From Alphaproteobacteria bacterium (lineage in GTDB: Bacteria; Pseudomonadota; Alphaproteobacteria; UBA6615): DNA of 64,000 nucleotides. Shown here one piece after another: positions 19,378-29,236 of the stretch. Every line of letters begins with the position of its first letter. Position 1 is the first letter of the stretch. The translations under genes and the position numbers were made by a program. The notes beneath the pieces are model-generated. The model worked only from the letters and a program-made list of their open reading frames with translations, ran no database searches and was not told the DNA's origin. The stretch lies in NCBI GenBank assembly GCA_009691025.1, contig SHWB01000003.1, forward strand, positions 37,851 through 101,850, in the 5' to 3' direction.

Positions 19378-20282
19378 TGCGCCGCCGGCCAAAGCCAGGC
19401 CGCGCCGCGCACGCCGCTCGCATCGCCGTGGCGCGGCGGCACGATGGCGATGTCGACGGCTCCGGCAAAGGTGAACAGATGTGGCGCGATGAGCGCGGGC
19501 AGGTTGCGGTAGAGCCGGTCCATGCGCGACAGGCCGCCGCCCAGCACGATGATGTCGGGGTCGATCAGGTTGACGACGACGGCGAGGGCACGCGCCATGC
19601 GGTCTTCGTGGCGTGCCAGCGCCTCCACGGCGGCTTCGTCGCCGCCTTCGGCTAGCTCGGCGATGCGCTCGGCCGTCTCGGCGCGACCGCTGACGGCGGC
19701 GAAGTCGCGCGCGAGGCCGCTGCCGGAAATCCACGTTTCTAGGCAGCCCGCCTTGCCGCACCAACAGACCGGACCGGGCCATTCGGCCGGGCTCAGCCAG
19801 GGCAGGGGGTTGTGGCCCCATTCGCCGGCGATGGCATGCCGCCCGGTCAGGGGCCGGCCGTCGATGACGATGCTGCCGCCGCAGCCGGTGCCGACGATGA
19901 CGCCGAAGACGCAGCGCGCGCCGGCGGCGGCGCCGTCCGTGGCTTCCGAGACGGCGAAGCAGTTGGCATCGTTGGCGAGGCGCACCTCGCGGCCGAGCGC
20001 GGCGGCGAGGTCGGTCGTCAGCGGCCGGCCGTTGAGCCATGTCGAATTGGCGCCGCGGACTCGTCCGCTGTCAGGGTCGACCACGCCCGGAATGCCGACG
20101 CCGACCGTGCCGCGGCGGCCCGTGCGCGCCTCGCTGGCGGCGACGAGGCCGGCGATGGTGGCCACGGTCGCGGCGTAGTCGTCCCGCGCGCTGGCGACGC
20201 GCGCGCGGTCGATCGTCCGGCCGTCATCGTCGAGGGCCACGATCTCCGTCTTGGTGCCGCCCAGGTCGATGCCGATACGCAT
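19374..20282 (-). CDS. ROK family sugar kinase (Mak/fructokinase-like)
   Basis: ATG at 20282: MRIGIDLGGTKTEIVALDDDGR..GVGIPGVVDP..ANSTWLNGRPL..LANDANCFAVSEA..GEWGHNPLPW..CWCGKAGCLETWISGSG; near-collinear with E. coli Mak. The stop overlaps the dinB start by 4 nt. Confidence 0.85.
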   Translation of the reverse strand: MRIGIDLGGTKTEIVALDDDGRTIDRARVASARDDYAATVATIAGLVAASEARTGRRGTVGVGIPGVVDPDSGRVRGANSTWLNGRPLTTDLAAALGREVRLANDANCFAVSEATDGAAAGARCVFGVIVGTGCGGSIVIDGRPLTGRHAIAGEWGHNPLPWLSPAEWPGPVCWCGKAGCLETWISGSGLARDFAAVSGRAETAERIAELAEGGDEAAVEALARHEDRMARALAVVVNLIDPDIIVLGGGLSRMDRLYRNLPALIAPHLFTFAGAVDIAIVPPRHGDASGVRGAAWLWPAAQ

Positions 20283-20430
20283 GTCCGTCCGTGCCATCGC
20301 CGCGTCAGGACACAGTGTCGGGCCGCTTCCGGCGTTGCGCAACGATGCGGTGGCCGTTGCGGCGATGGTCTAAGGTGTGGGAATGGGCCGCCCGGCGGGG
20401 GGCTCGTGGAAATGCCGGGAGAGGGTTGTC

Positions 20431-20770
20431 ATGGTGAAGACCGTGCTGATCGTGGAAGACAACTAGCTGAACATGAAGCTCTTCCAGGACCTGCTGGAGG
20501 CGCAGGGCTATGCCGCGCTGCAGACCCGCGACGGGCTGGAAGCGCTGAAGCTCGCCCGGGAGCACCGCCCCGACATGATCTTGATGGACATCCAGTTGCC
20601 AGAGATATCCGGCCTCGAAGTGACCAAGCGCCTCAAGGAGGACTATAGCCTGCGCGGCATCCCTGTGATCGCCGTCACCGCCTTTGCCATGAAGGGCGAC
20701 GAGGAGAAGATCCGCCAAGCCGATCTCCGTGACGTGCTTCCTCGAGGCGGTCTCCAGCTTCCTGCGCTGA
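20431..20770 (+). pseudogene. divK: DivK-family single-domain response regulator, disrupted (amber at codon 12 plus out-of-frame internal deletion)
   Basis: GGAGAGG-N6-ATG at 20431: [94 protein letters not shown]. The frame then changes by +1 near 20716 and reads [17 protein letters not shown] to TGA at 20768-20770. TAG at 20464-20466 replaces the Glu of the DivK EDNELN motif. The segment corresponding to EGGCEAYIS is absent. Confidence 0.8.
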
Positions 20771-20790
20771 CATGCGAGGCAGCCCCGAAC

Positions 20791-20815
20791 GCAAACGGGC
20801 CGCCTGAGGCGGCCC
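20791..20815 (-). terminator. probable intrinsic terminator of rpmG
   Basis: Minus strand: GGGCCGCC-TCA-GGCGGCCC followed by GTTTGCGTT, 28 nt after the rpmG stop. Confidence 0.4.
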
Positions 20816-20842
20816 GCGACGCTCGCGCGCAGGAAAACGAAG

Positions 20843-21010
20843 CTATTTCAGCTTCTCTTCCTTGAACAGGACGTGCTTGCGCGCCCGCGGATCGAACTTC
20901 TTCAGCTCGATCTTCTCGGGCTTCGTGCGCGGGTTTTTCTTGGCCACGTAGTAGTAGCCGGTGTCCGCGGTGGACACGAGTTTGACCAGGACTGTCGCCG
21001 GCTTCGCCAT
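20843..21010 (-). CDS. rpmG: 50S ribosomal protein L33
   Basis: 55-aa ORF (below the ORF-track cutoff): [58 protein letters not shown] stop. Confidence 0.9.
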   Translation of the reverse strand: MAKPATVLVKLVSTADTGYYYVAKKNPRTKPEKIELKKFDPRARKHVLFKEEKLK

Positions 21011-21083
21011 GTGAGGCGCTCCATCGCGCGAATTGTGCGGGACGGCACCATAGCCTCCCGCGCCCGCCTGTCAAGGGCGGCCC

Positions 21084-22682
21084 TCAGCGCGCCTCGGCGA
21101 CCTGGGCCTGGCGCAGGGCGCGGGCGTAGAGCGTCGGATCGCCGACCAGCGCCTGGGCGACCTCCAGATCGGTCGGCGGCGCTGCCGCGTCGGCTGGGCA
21201 GGTGTTGCGCAGGCGATGGAGATCGGCCGGCAGCACATCCGTAGTCGCGTGCCACTGGCGCACGATTTCCGCCGTCGCGCCGACGGCACCACCGCGCAGG
21301 GCGGTGACGAGGTCGGCCGACAGCGCGAGCTGGCCGCCGCCATGCGTGCAGACGGTCGGCAGCACGCCCAGCCCGTCCAGCCGGTAGCCGGAGGGCGCGT
21401 GCAGGCGCGACCAGGTGACGGTCAGCTCGCCGTCGTTGGGCAGGCGGAACACCGTCTGCACCGTGCCCTTGCCGTAGGAATTGGTGCCGACGACGACGCC
21501 GCGCCCGCGATCCTGCAGGGCGGCCGCCACGACCTCCGAGGCCGAGGCCGAGCCGCCGTTGACGAGGATCACCAGCGGCAGGCCGGCCAGCGCATCGCCG
21601 GTGGTCGCGGTGAAGCGCTGCTGGCTGCGCGGGTGGCGGCCGCGCGTGGCGATGATCTCGCCATCCTCGAGAAACACGTCGGCCAGTTCGACCGCCTGGT
21701 CGAGCAGGCCACCGGGGTTGCCGCGCAGGTCGAGGACGAGGCCACGCAGGGCCAGGCCCTGTTCGCGGCGCAGCGTCGTCACCTGCTCGGCCAGCGTCTC
21801 GGCGGTGCGCTGGTTGAAGCTCGTGACCTGGATAACGGGCAGCGGGCCGCGCCGCTCGATGCGCACCGTTTCGGGCACGATCTTGCGGCGGACCAGCCGT
21901 TTCTGCATGTCGGCCTGGCCGGTGCGGCGGATCGTCAGCACGACGACGGCGCCGACCTCGCCGCGCAGCGCATCGACCAGCGCCTGCTGGGTCCAGCCCG
22001 CGACCGGCTGACCGTCGACCGCGACGAGGCGGTCGTCCGGGGCCACGCCGGCCTCGAAGGCCGGCGTTTTGGCCAGTACCTCGACCACGCGCGCATCGCT
22101 CTCGTCCATGCGGATCGACACGCCGATTCCGCCGAAGCCGATGCGCTGGGCCCGCGCGTTGCGGGCCCGCTCGGCGCTGGCGTAGCGCGAGAAGGCGTCG
22201 AGGCGGCCGAGCGCCGATTCGAACACGGCACCGAACAGCACCTCGGCCTCGGCGCTGCCGATCTTGGCCGAATGGGCGCGGGCGGCGTCGATGGCGGCGA
22301 CGGTGAGGCCAGCCCAGCCGCCCGGGTCGTCCTCGTCCGGCGCGGCCAGGTGGGCTACGGGCTCGCCGCTGACCGAGAGATCGATGAAGGCGCCGGATTC
22401 TGTCACGGAGAGGCCGGGTTCGATCGTTTTCAGACCCTCGAGCCCGCTGACGGAAAAGCGGCGCAGCGACACGCGATCGATGTAGCGGTCGGCGACGTAG
22501 CGGTAGCCTGTTTCGATGACATCGGTGGCGTAGGCCGCGCTCCATTTCTGCGGCCCCGGCGGCGGGCCCAGGCTGGTGGCACAGCTCGACAGCAGCAGCC
22601 CGGCGCACAGCAGGGCGAGGGCAACCCTGCCCCCCGGGCGGCCCGTCGGCACGCCCCGACCCCTTTCAGACCGCCCGACCAT
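21084..22682 (-). CDS. S41 family C-terminal processing peptidase, lipoprotein
   Basis: ORF 21084..22817. The likely start is ATG at 22682 (MVGRSERG..RVALALLCAGLLLSSC lipobox), because the sequence upstream is AT-rich. It has a PDZ region and ..LVLDLRGNPGGLLDQAVE..VILVNGGSASASEVVAAALQD..GTNSYGKGTVQ. Confidence 0.85.
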   Translation of the reverse strand: MVGRSERGRGVPTGRPGGRVALALLCAGLLLSSCATSLGPPPGPQKWSAAYATDVIETGYRYVADRYIDRVSLRRFSVSGLEGLKTIEPGLSVTESGAFIDLSVSGEPVAHLAAPDEDDPGGWAGLTVAAIDAARAHSAKIGSAEAEVLFGAVFESALGRLDAFSRYASAERARNARAQRIGFGGIGVSIRMDESDARVVEVLAKTPAFEAGVAPDDRLVAVDGQPVAGWTQQALVDALRGEVGAVVVLTIRRTGQADMQKRLVRRKIVPETVRIERRGPLPVIQVTSFNQRTAETLAEQVTTLRREQGLALRGLVLDLRGNPGGLLDQAVELADVFLEDGEIIATRGRHPRSQQRFTATTGDALAGLPLVILVNGGSASASEVVAAALQDRGRGVVVGTNSYGKGTVQTVFRLPNDGELTVTWSRLHAPSGYRLDGLGVLPTVCTHGGGQLALSADLVTALRGGAVGATAEIVRQWHATTDVLPADLHRLRNTCPADAAAPPTDLEVAQALVGDPTLYARALRQAQVAEAR

Positions 22683-22699
22683 CTCAGCCAAATTCCCTA

Positions 22700-23015
22700 A
22701 ACCCCACGTTTGCCTACTATATTCCCTTGTGGGGTGGTTGCGGCAAGTGGTTGCCATATCAATAAATGCAGGTCCGTCCCCACCAACGTGTGTTTTCTCC
22801 ATCAACACGCGTGGCATTTTGCCTAAGATAGTTCTCTAGCGGAATGTCGTTGAGGAGATTGTATACCTGAGAAATGCAGATGCGTTCGGTACAAGGGAAT
22901 CGACAGGCCGGCACGGACGATTAGATTTACCTATATTTTGTATTATTTTAACTCCAATTCCCCATATTTATTTTGTTTGATTCTAAAGTGATTAGAAATT
23001 TTATATTTCGAATAT
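22700..23015. other. low-GC intergenic island (core 22921-23015 about 20% GC)
   Basis: I counted 19 G/C in the 95 nt from 22921 to 23015 (ttagatttacctatattttgtattattttaactcc..ttatatttcgaatat). It is flanked by typical high-GC coding sequence, between the rnr stop and the S41 peptidase start. Confidence 0.6.
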
Positions 23016-25262
23016 TTATCGCCGTCGCCGTCCGGGCATGCGGACCCCGCCGCGCGCCGGCCGCCGCGTGCCGGACGCAGGGCCGCCGGAATCCATCAGT
23101 TCCAGCAGCACCGAGCCGGTGAGGCCCTTCGCCTCGACCAGACGGACCTCGACCGGATCGCCGAGGCGGATGACCTGGCTGGTGTTGCGGCCGGTCATGC
23201 GGCTGCCGGACTCGTCGAGATCCCAGCGGTCGCGCGGCATGCGCGCGAAGGGCACGAAGCCGTCGGTGGCGCCGTCGGCGATGGCGACGAACAGGCCCGC
23301 CCGGCTCATGCCACGCACGGTGCCGGAGAAGGTGTCACCGACGCGCGTTTCCAGCCAGCGCGCGAGGTAGCGGTTCATCGCGTCGCGCTCGGCCGCCACG
23401 GCGCGCCGTTCGCACTGGCTGATGTGCTCGCCCAGCGCCGTGAAGTCACCGGGATCGGGCGCTAGCGCGCCGGCCCCGAGGCCGAGGCCGGCGACCAGCG
23501 CGCGATGCACCAGCAGATCGGCGTAGCGGCGGATCGGCGATGTGAAATGCGCGTAGCGGCTGAGTGCCAGGCCGAAATGGCCGATATTGTCGGGGCTGTA
23601 GACGGCCTGCATCTGGGCGCGCAGCACCAGCTCGTTGACGAGGCGGAAATGCGGGTGGTCGGCGAGCCGCGCCAGCAGTCGGTTGAAGAAGGCGGGCTTG
23701 GCGGCATCGCCGCGCTCCGCGTCGACGCCGAAGGTGGCGAGCGTCTTGCGCAGCGCCTCCACCTTCTCCGGGTCGGGCGCGTCGTGGATGCGGTACATGC
23801 AGGGCCGTACCAGCCGCTCCAGTTCGCGCGCCGCGGCGACGTTGGCGGTGATCATGAACTCCTCGATCAGCCGGTGGCTGTCGAGGCGCACCACCGGCGC
23901 GACGGCGGCGATCTCGCCCTGCGCGTCGAACACGACCTTGCGCTCGGGCAGGTCGATCTCCAGCGCGCCGCGCTTCTTGCGCGCTGCCTCCAGCACGCCG
24001 TAGGCCGCATAGAGCGGCGCGATGACGCGTTCGAGGACATGTGCGTCCTCGCCCTGCGGACCCTTGTCGCGGGCGCGCTGGACGATCTCGTAAGTCAGCC
24101 GCGCGGCCGACCGCATCAGGCCGCGCTCGAAGCGGTGGCGCTTAAGGCGCCCCGCGTCGTCGATCCACAGATGGGCGGCGAGGCAGGCGCGGTCCTCGCG
24201 CGGGCGCAGCGAGCACAGATCGGCCGACAGCGCCTCGGGCAGCATCGGCACGACGCGGTCGGCGAAATACACCGAATTGCCGCGCAGATACGCGTCGCGG
24301 TCGAGAGCGCTGCCCGGCCGCACATACCAGGCCACATCGGCGATAGCGACGATCAGGTGCCAGCCGCCGGCATTGTCGGCGGCCTCGTCGGGTTCGGCGA
24401 AGACGGCGTCGTCGAAGTCGCGCGCATCGGCGCCGTCGATGGTAACCAGAGGGATATCGCGCAGGTCGACGCGGCCGGCGGCGCCGACGGGATGCGCCGC
24501 CGCGGCCTCGGCCAGCGTCTCGGGCACGAAGTCGACCGGTATATGGGCGGCGTGGATGGCCAGCAGGCTGATGGCGTGGGCGTCGTCCTGGTGGCCGATG
24601 CGTTCGACGATGCGCGCGCTGGCGAGGCCGTATTGCCGTCCGCCCGTTACCTCGGCCAGCACAAGGTCGCCGTCGACCGCCGTGCCGATATCGGCCGGGG
24701 CCACGAGCAGTTCATGACGTGCGCCGCGTTCTGCCGGCTCGATTCGGCCGCCGTCGCCGGTGCGGCGGAAGATGCCTAGCACCGTGGCCTTGCCCTTGGC
24801 CAGACGCTTCAGAGGAAGCGCCACCCATATGTTCTCGCCCGACGGCTCGAGGCGGGCAAGGAGGCGGTCGCCGACACCGGGGTCGGCCATGCGGGCTAGC
24901 GGCTTGCCGACGCGAACCAGCGGCGGTTGGTCGGCGCCCTGCCAGTCGACCGGATGGGCCAGCGGCTCGCCATCCTCGTCGATGTCGAACACGTCGATGA
25001 CGCCGACATTGGGCGGCGCGCCGGGCGCGCGCACGCGGCGCGACCGCCCGCGCTCTACCGTGCCTTCGACCCCGAGTTCCTTCAGCAGCGCGCGCAACTC
25101 GGTGCGCTGGGCGCCGCGCAGGCCGAAACTCCTGGCGAGGTCTCTCCGGCTCGCCTCGCTGCCTTGGGCGGTGAGCCAGGCGACCAGTTCCTCGCGTGTT
25201 GGCACGCGGCCTTTCTCGGCGATAGGTCTGGCGGGACGGACGGATCGGGGGCGGCGGGCCAA
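23016..25262 (-). CDS. rnr: ribonuclease R
   Basis: 748-aa ORF; RNB domain (..DGADARDFDDAVFAEPD..), S1 domain and basic tail (..RRPARGGVRMPGRRRR). Confidence 0.95.
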   Translation of the reverse strand: MARRPRSVRPARPIAEKGRVPTREELVAWLTAQGSEASRRDLARSFGLRGAQRTELRALLKELGVEGTVERGRSRRVRAPGAPPNVGVIDVFDIDEDGEPLAHPVDWQGADQPPLVRVGKPLARMADPGVGDRLLARLEPSGENIWVALPLKRLAKGKATVLGIFRRTGDGGRIEPAERGARHELLVAPADIGTAVDGDLVLAEVTGGRQYGLASARIVERIGHQDDAHAISLLAIHAAHIPVDFVPETLAEAAAAHPVGAAGRVDLRDIPLVTIDGADARDFDDAVFAEPDEAADNAGGWHLIVAIADVAWYVRPGSALDRDAYLRGNSVYFADRVVPMLPEALSADLCSLRPREDRACLAAHLWIDDAGRLKRHRFERGLMRSAARLTYEIVQRARDKGPQGEDAHVLERVIAPLYAAYGVLEAARKKRGALEIDLPERKVVFDAQGEIAAVAPVVRLDSHRLIEEFMITANVAAARELERLVRPCMYRIHDAPDPEKVEALRKTLATFGVDAERGDAAKPAFFNRLLARLADHPHFRLVNELVLRAQMQAVYSPDNIGHFGLALSRYAHFTSPIRRYADLLVHRALVAGLGLGAGALAPDPGDFTALGEHISQCERRAVAAERDAMNRYLARWLETRVGDTFSGTVRGMSRAGLFVAIADGATDGFVPFARMPRDRWDLDESGSRMTGRNTSQVIRLGDPVEVRLVEAKGLTGSVLLELMDSGGPASGTRRPARGGVRMPGRRRR

Positions 25263-25266
25263 GGCG

Positions 25267-28002
25267 CTATTTTTTCTTCGATGCGCGCTTGGCCGCCGGC
25301 TTCTTCGCCTTCGCCGCCGAGGCCGCCTTGGCCTTGGCAGGTACTTTGGCCTTGGCCGTCGATGCGGCCTTGGCCGGCGCCTTCGCCTTCGGGCGCGCGC
25401 CGCCGCGCGCGCCGCCGCGTCCGGTCCGCTTGGCGGGCCCCTTGGCGGCGCGTGCGGCGAGCAGCTGTACCGCCTCGGGCATCGTCAGCGCGTCGGGGTC
25501 GCCGTCGCGCGGCAGCGAGGCGTAGACCTTGCCGTGGGCGACGTAGGGGCCGTAGCGGCCCTTCATCAGGCGCACCGGCTGGCCGTCCCCGGGATGGGCG
25601 CCGAGGTCGCGCAGCGCCTGCGGCGCGCCGCTCCGCCCGCCGCCCGCGGCCTTCTCGGCCAGCAGCGCCACGGCGCGATTGGCGCCGACGGTCAGCACCT
25701 CGCGCTGCTCGGGCAGGTTGGCGTAGGTGCCGCCGTGCTTCACATAGGCGCCGAAGCGGCCGAGGCCGGCGAGCATCATCTGCCCGTCCTCGGGGTGCGG
25801 GCCGATCTCGCGCGGCAACTCCAGCAGCGCCAGCGCCGTCGCCAGGTCGACCTCGTCCGGCGCCATGCCCTTGGGCAGCGACGAACGCTTGGGCTTGGGC
25901 GCGTCCTTGCCGTTGCCGCTCTCGTCGAGCTGCACATAGGGGCCGTAAGGGCCGTTGCGCAGCGACACGGTCTTGCCGGTGGCCGGATCGGTGCCCAGCT
26001 GGCGCGGGCCAGCCGGCGCCTCTACGGCGCGGTCGCCATTGGCGTCGGTCGTCGGCACGACGAGGGCGCGGGTGAAATTGCACTCGGGATAGTTGGAACA
26101 GCCGACGAAGGGGCCGTGCCGGCCGAGCTTCAGGCCGAGGCGGCCATTGGCGCAGGCCTGGCAGCGGCGCGGATCGGTGCCGTCGGCGTTCGGCGGGAAG
26201 AAATGCGGACCGAGATCCTCGTCGAGCGCGTCGAGCACGGAGCGCACGTTGAGGTCACGCGTGTCCTCGACGGCGGCGGCGAAGGCGGTCCAGAATTCGC
26301 GCAGTACCGCCTTCCAGTAGATGCGGCCGCCCGAGACGTCGTCGAGCTGCTCCTCGAGCAGGGCGGTGAAATCGTACTCGACATAACGGCGGAAGAAACT
26401 GGTGAGGAAGCTCGTCACCAGGCGGCCCTGGTCCTCGGGCACGAAGCGCCTTTTGTCGAGGACGACATAGCCGCGGTCCTGCAGCACCTGCAGGATCGAG
26501 GCGTAGGTCGACGGCCGCCCGATGCCCAGCTCCTCCAGCTTCTTGACCAGGCTTGCCTCGCTGTAGCGCGGCGGCGGCTGGGTGAAATGCTGGTAGGCGG
26601 CGACGCCTCGGCGGGCCAGCGCCTCGTTCTCGGCGAGCAGCGGCAGGCGGCGCTCCTCGTCGTCCTCGTCGGCTGCCGTGTCGGCGGCGCTGTCGCCGCC
26701 GATCGGATCGTCGCGGTCCTCGCGGTAGAGGCGCAGGAAGCCGTCGAAGGCGACGGTCTGGCCAGTGGCGCGCAGGCCGACGCCGCCATCGGCTGCGGCG
26801 ATGTCGACGCCGACGCGGTCGAGTTCGGCATCGGCCATTTCCGACGCGATGGTACGCTGCCAGATCAGTTCGTAGAGCCGCCGCTCATCCTCGCCCAGCG
26901 CGCGCGAAACATGTTCGGGGCGGCGGGCGATGTCGGTCGGGCGGATGGCCTCGTGGGCTTCCTGCGCGTTCTTCGCCCGCGTGCGCCAGACCCGCGGATT
27001 GGCCGGCAGGTAGTCGCCGCCGAAGGCATCGTCGATCAACGTGCGCGCGCCGGCGATGGCCTCGTTGGAGAGCTGCACCGAATCCGTGCGCATGTAGGTG
27101 ATGAGTCCGACCGTCTCGCCGCCGATGGTCACGCCTTCATAGAGGCGCTGCGCCGTCCGCATGGTGCGCGTGGCGCCGAAGCCTAGCTTGCGCGAGGCTT
27201 CCTGCTGCAGGGTCGAGGTGGTGAAGGGCGGCTGCGGGCTGCGCTTGGTGCGCCGCCGCTCGATCTTCGCCACGGCAAGGGCGCGCGCCTCGACGGCGGC
27301 CTTCGCCCGCTCGGCGGCCTCGGCATTGGCGAGGTCGAAGCGGTCGAGCCGCTTGCCGTCGATATGCGTCAGGCGGGCGGTGAAAGGCTCGCCGGCAGCG
27401 TTGGCGAGGGTAGCGACTATCGACCAGTATTCGCGCGGACGGAAGCGCTCGATCTCCGCCTCGCGCTCGCAGACCAGCCGCAGCGCTACCGACTGCACCC
27501 GGCCGGCCGAGCGCGAACCGGGCAGCTTGCGCCACAGCACCGGCGACAGCGTGAAGCCGACGAGATAGTCGAGGGCGCGGCGGGCGAGATAGGCGTCGAC
27601 CAGCTCGCGGTTGACCGCGCGCGGGTGCTTGAAGGCCTCGCGCACGGCGCGCTGGGTGATTTCGTTGAAGACGACGCGGTGGACGTCCTTGCCCTTCAGC
27701 AGGCCACGCTCGTCGAGGATCTGGGCGATATGCCAGGAGATGGCCTCGCCCTCGCGGTCGGGGTCGGTGGCAAGCCACAACGTGTCGGCGCCCTTGAGCG
27801 CCTTGGCGATCTCGCGAATCTGGCGTTCGGCGCGCTCCTCGACCTGCCAGTCCATGGCGAAGTCGGCGTCCGGGCGCACCGAGCCGTCCTTGGGCGGCAG
27901 GTCGCGCACATGGCCGTAGGAGGCGAGCACGCGCCAGTCGGCGCCAAGATACTTCTCGATCGTCTTGGCTTTGGCCGGAGATTCGACGACGACAACATTC
28001 AT
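25267..28002 (-). CDS. topA: DNA topoisomerase I
   Basis: ATG at 28002 in ORF 25267..28182: MNVVVVESPAKAKTIEKYLG..LATDPDREGEAISWH..; Toprim and Topo IA core, Zn-ribbon repeats, Lys/Ala-rich tail. Confidence 0.97.
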   Translation of the reverse strand: MNVVVVESPAKAKTIEKYLGADWRVLASYGHVRDLPPKDGSVRPDADFAMDWQVEERAERQIREIAKALKGADTLWLATDPDREGEAISWHIAQILDERGLLKGKDVHRVVFNEITQRAVREAFKHPRAVNRELVDAYLARRALDYLVGFTLSPVLWRKLPGSRSAGRVQSVALRLVCEREAEIERFRPREYWSIVATLANAAGEPFTARLTHIDGKRLDRFDLANAEAAERAKAAVEARALAVAKIERRRTKRSPQPPFTTSTLQQEASRKLGFGATRTMRTAQRLYEGVTIGGETVGLITYMRTDSVQLSNEAIAGARTLIDDAFGGDYLPANPRVWRTRAKNAQEAHEAIRPTDIARRPEHVSRALGEDERRLYELIWQRTIASEMADAELDRVGVDIAAADGGVGLRATGQTVAFDGFLRLYREDRDDPIGGDSAADTAADEDDEERRLPLLAENEALARRGVAAYQHFTQPPPRYSEASLVKKLEELGIGRPSTYASILQVLQDRGYVVLDKRRFVPEDQGRLVTSFLTSFFRRYVEYDFTALLEEQLDDVSGGRIYWKAVLREFWTAFAAAVEDTRDLNVRSVLDALDEDLGPHFFPPNADGTDPRRCQACANGRLGLKLGRHGPFVGCSNYPECNFTRALVVPTTDANGDRAVEAPAGPRQLGTDPATGKTVSLRNGPYGPYVQLDESGNGKDAPKPKRSSLPKGMAPDEVDLATALALLELPREIGPHPEDGQMMLAGLGRFGAYVKHGGTYANLPEQREVLTVGANRAVALLAEKAAGGGRSGAPQALRDLGAHPGDGQPVRLMKGRYGPYVAHGKVYASLPRDGDPDALTMPEAVQLLAARAAKGPAKRTGRGGARGGARPKAKAPAKAASTAKAKVPAKAKAASAAKAKKPAAKRASKKK

Positions 28003-28070
28003 ATGGATGAACCGGCCCCGTCCGGCGACCACCCTGCGGGCGGCGTCCTCCGGCGCTGCGACATCTCCGG

Positions 28071-29202
28071 TCAGGCCCCCGCCACGATCAACGCGACACG
28101 GCCGCCCGGCTGGCGTTCGAGGCGTCCGGCAAGCTCCAGTTCGAGCAGCACGACGCTCACGACCGCGGCACCTGTTTGGCACTGGCGCACCAGTTCGTCA
28201 ACCGCGACCGGGCTCGGCGACAGGCACTCCAGAACACGGGCACGCGTCGCGCCGATGGCAGAATCGTCAGGTCTTTCCATATCTTGCGGCCTGTAGTAGA
28301 GACGTTTCGGCTCGCGCTCTGCGGCCCCCAGCAGCGGCGCCAGGACGGCGGTCACGTCGGCCGCGTTCTCGGTCAGCGTGGCGCCTTCGCGGATCAGGCG
28401 GTTGGTGCCGGTGCAGAGCGGATCGAGCGGCGAGCCCGGCACGGCGAAGACCGCGCGGCCCTGTTCGATGGCTAGGAGGGCCGTGATAAGCGAGCCCGAG
28501 CGGGCGGCGGCCTAGACCACCACCGTGCCGAGCGACAGGCCCGAAATGACGCGGTTGCGGCGCGGGAACAGCCGGCCATGAGGCTCGGTGCCGGGCGGAA
28601 TTTCGGCCACCAGCGCGCCGCTCTCGGCGATGGCGGCGTAGAGCCGGTCGTGTTCGGGCGGGTAGATCACGTCGATGCCGCCGGCCAGCACGGCGACCGT
28701 ACCGCTGGCTAGCGCGCCGGCGTGAGCGGCGGCATCGATACCGCGGGCGAGGCCGGAGACGACGACGAGCCCGACTGGCCGAGGCCATTCGCGATGTCCT
28801 GGGCGAGGCGGCGTCCATTGGCCGAGGCGTTGCGCGCCCCAACCACGGCGACGCAAGGGCCGGCGAGAAGCGCCGCGCGTCCCTTGATGGCAAGGACCGG
28901 AGGGCCGTCCTCGCAGGCGGCCAGCGCCGGCGGGAAATCTGCCTCGCCCCGGCACAGCAGCGTGTCGCCCAGCCGCGCGAGAGACGCCAGCTAGTCCTCG
29001 GCCTTTGCGGCCGTGGCAATGCGCAGCCGCGCCCGCCCGCCCGCCGCGCCAGGTCGGGCAGGGCGTCCAGCGCTGCCGTAGGCGAGCCGAAATGGCCGAG
29101 CAACTGCCCGTAGGTGACGGGGCCGACATTCTCCGTGCGGTAAAGACGCATCCGGTCGCGCCGCTCGCCGTCCGGAAGAGCCGATTGTGCCGGCCGTGTC
29201 AT
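28071..29202 (-). pseudogene. dprA: DNA-processing protein DprA, disrupted (2 amber codons and 2 single-base frameshifts)
   Basis: Pieces in three frames: [57 protein letters not shown] / [86 protein letters not shown] / [80 protein letters not shown]... TAGs at 28991-28993 and 28512-28514. Frame changes near 29028-29045 and 28768-28773. Confidence 0.85.
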
Positions 29203-29236
29203 TGCGCGCGAGGATGGGGCGCCTTCCTGCCCGCAG

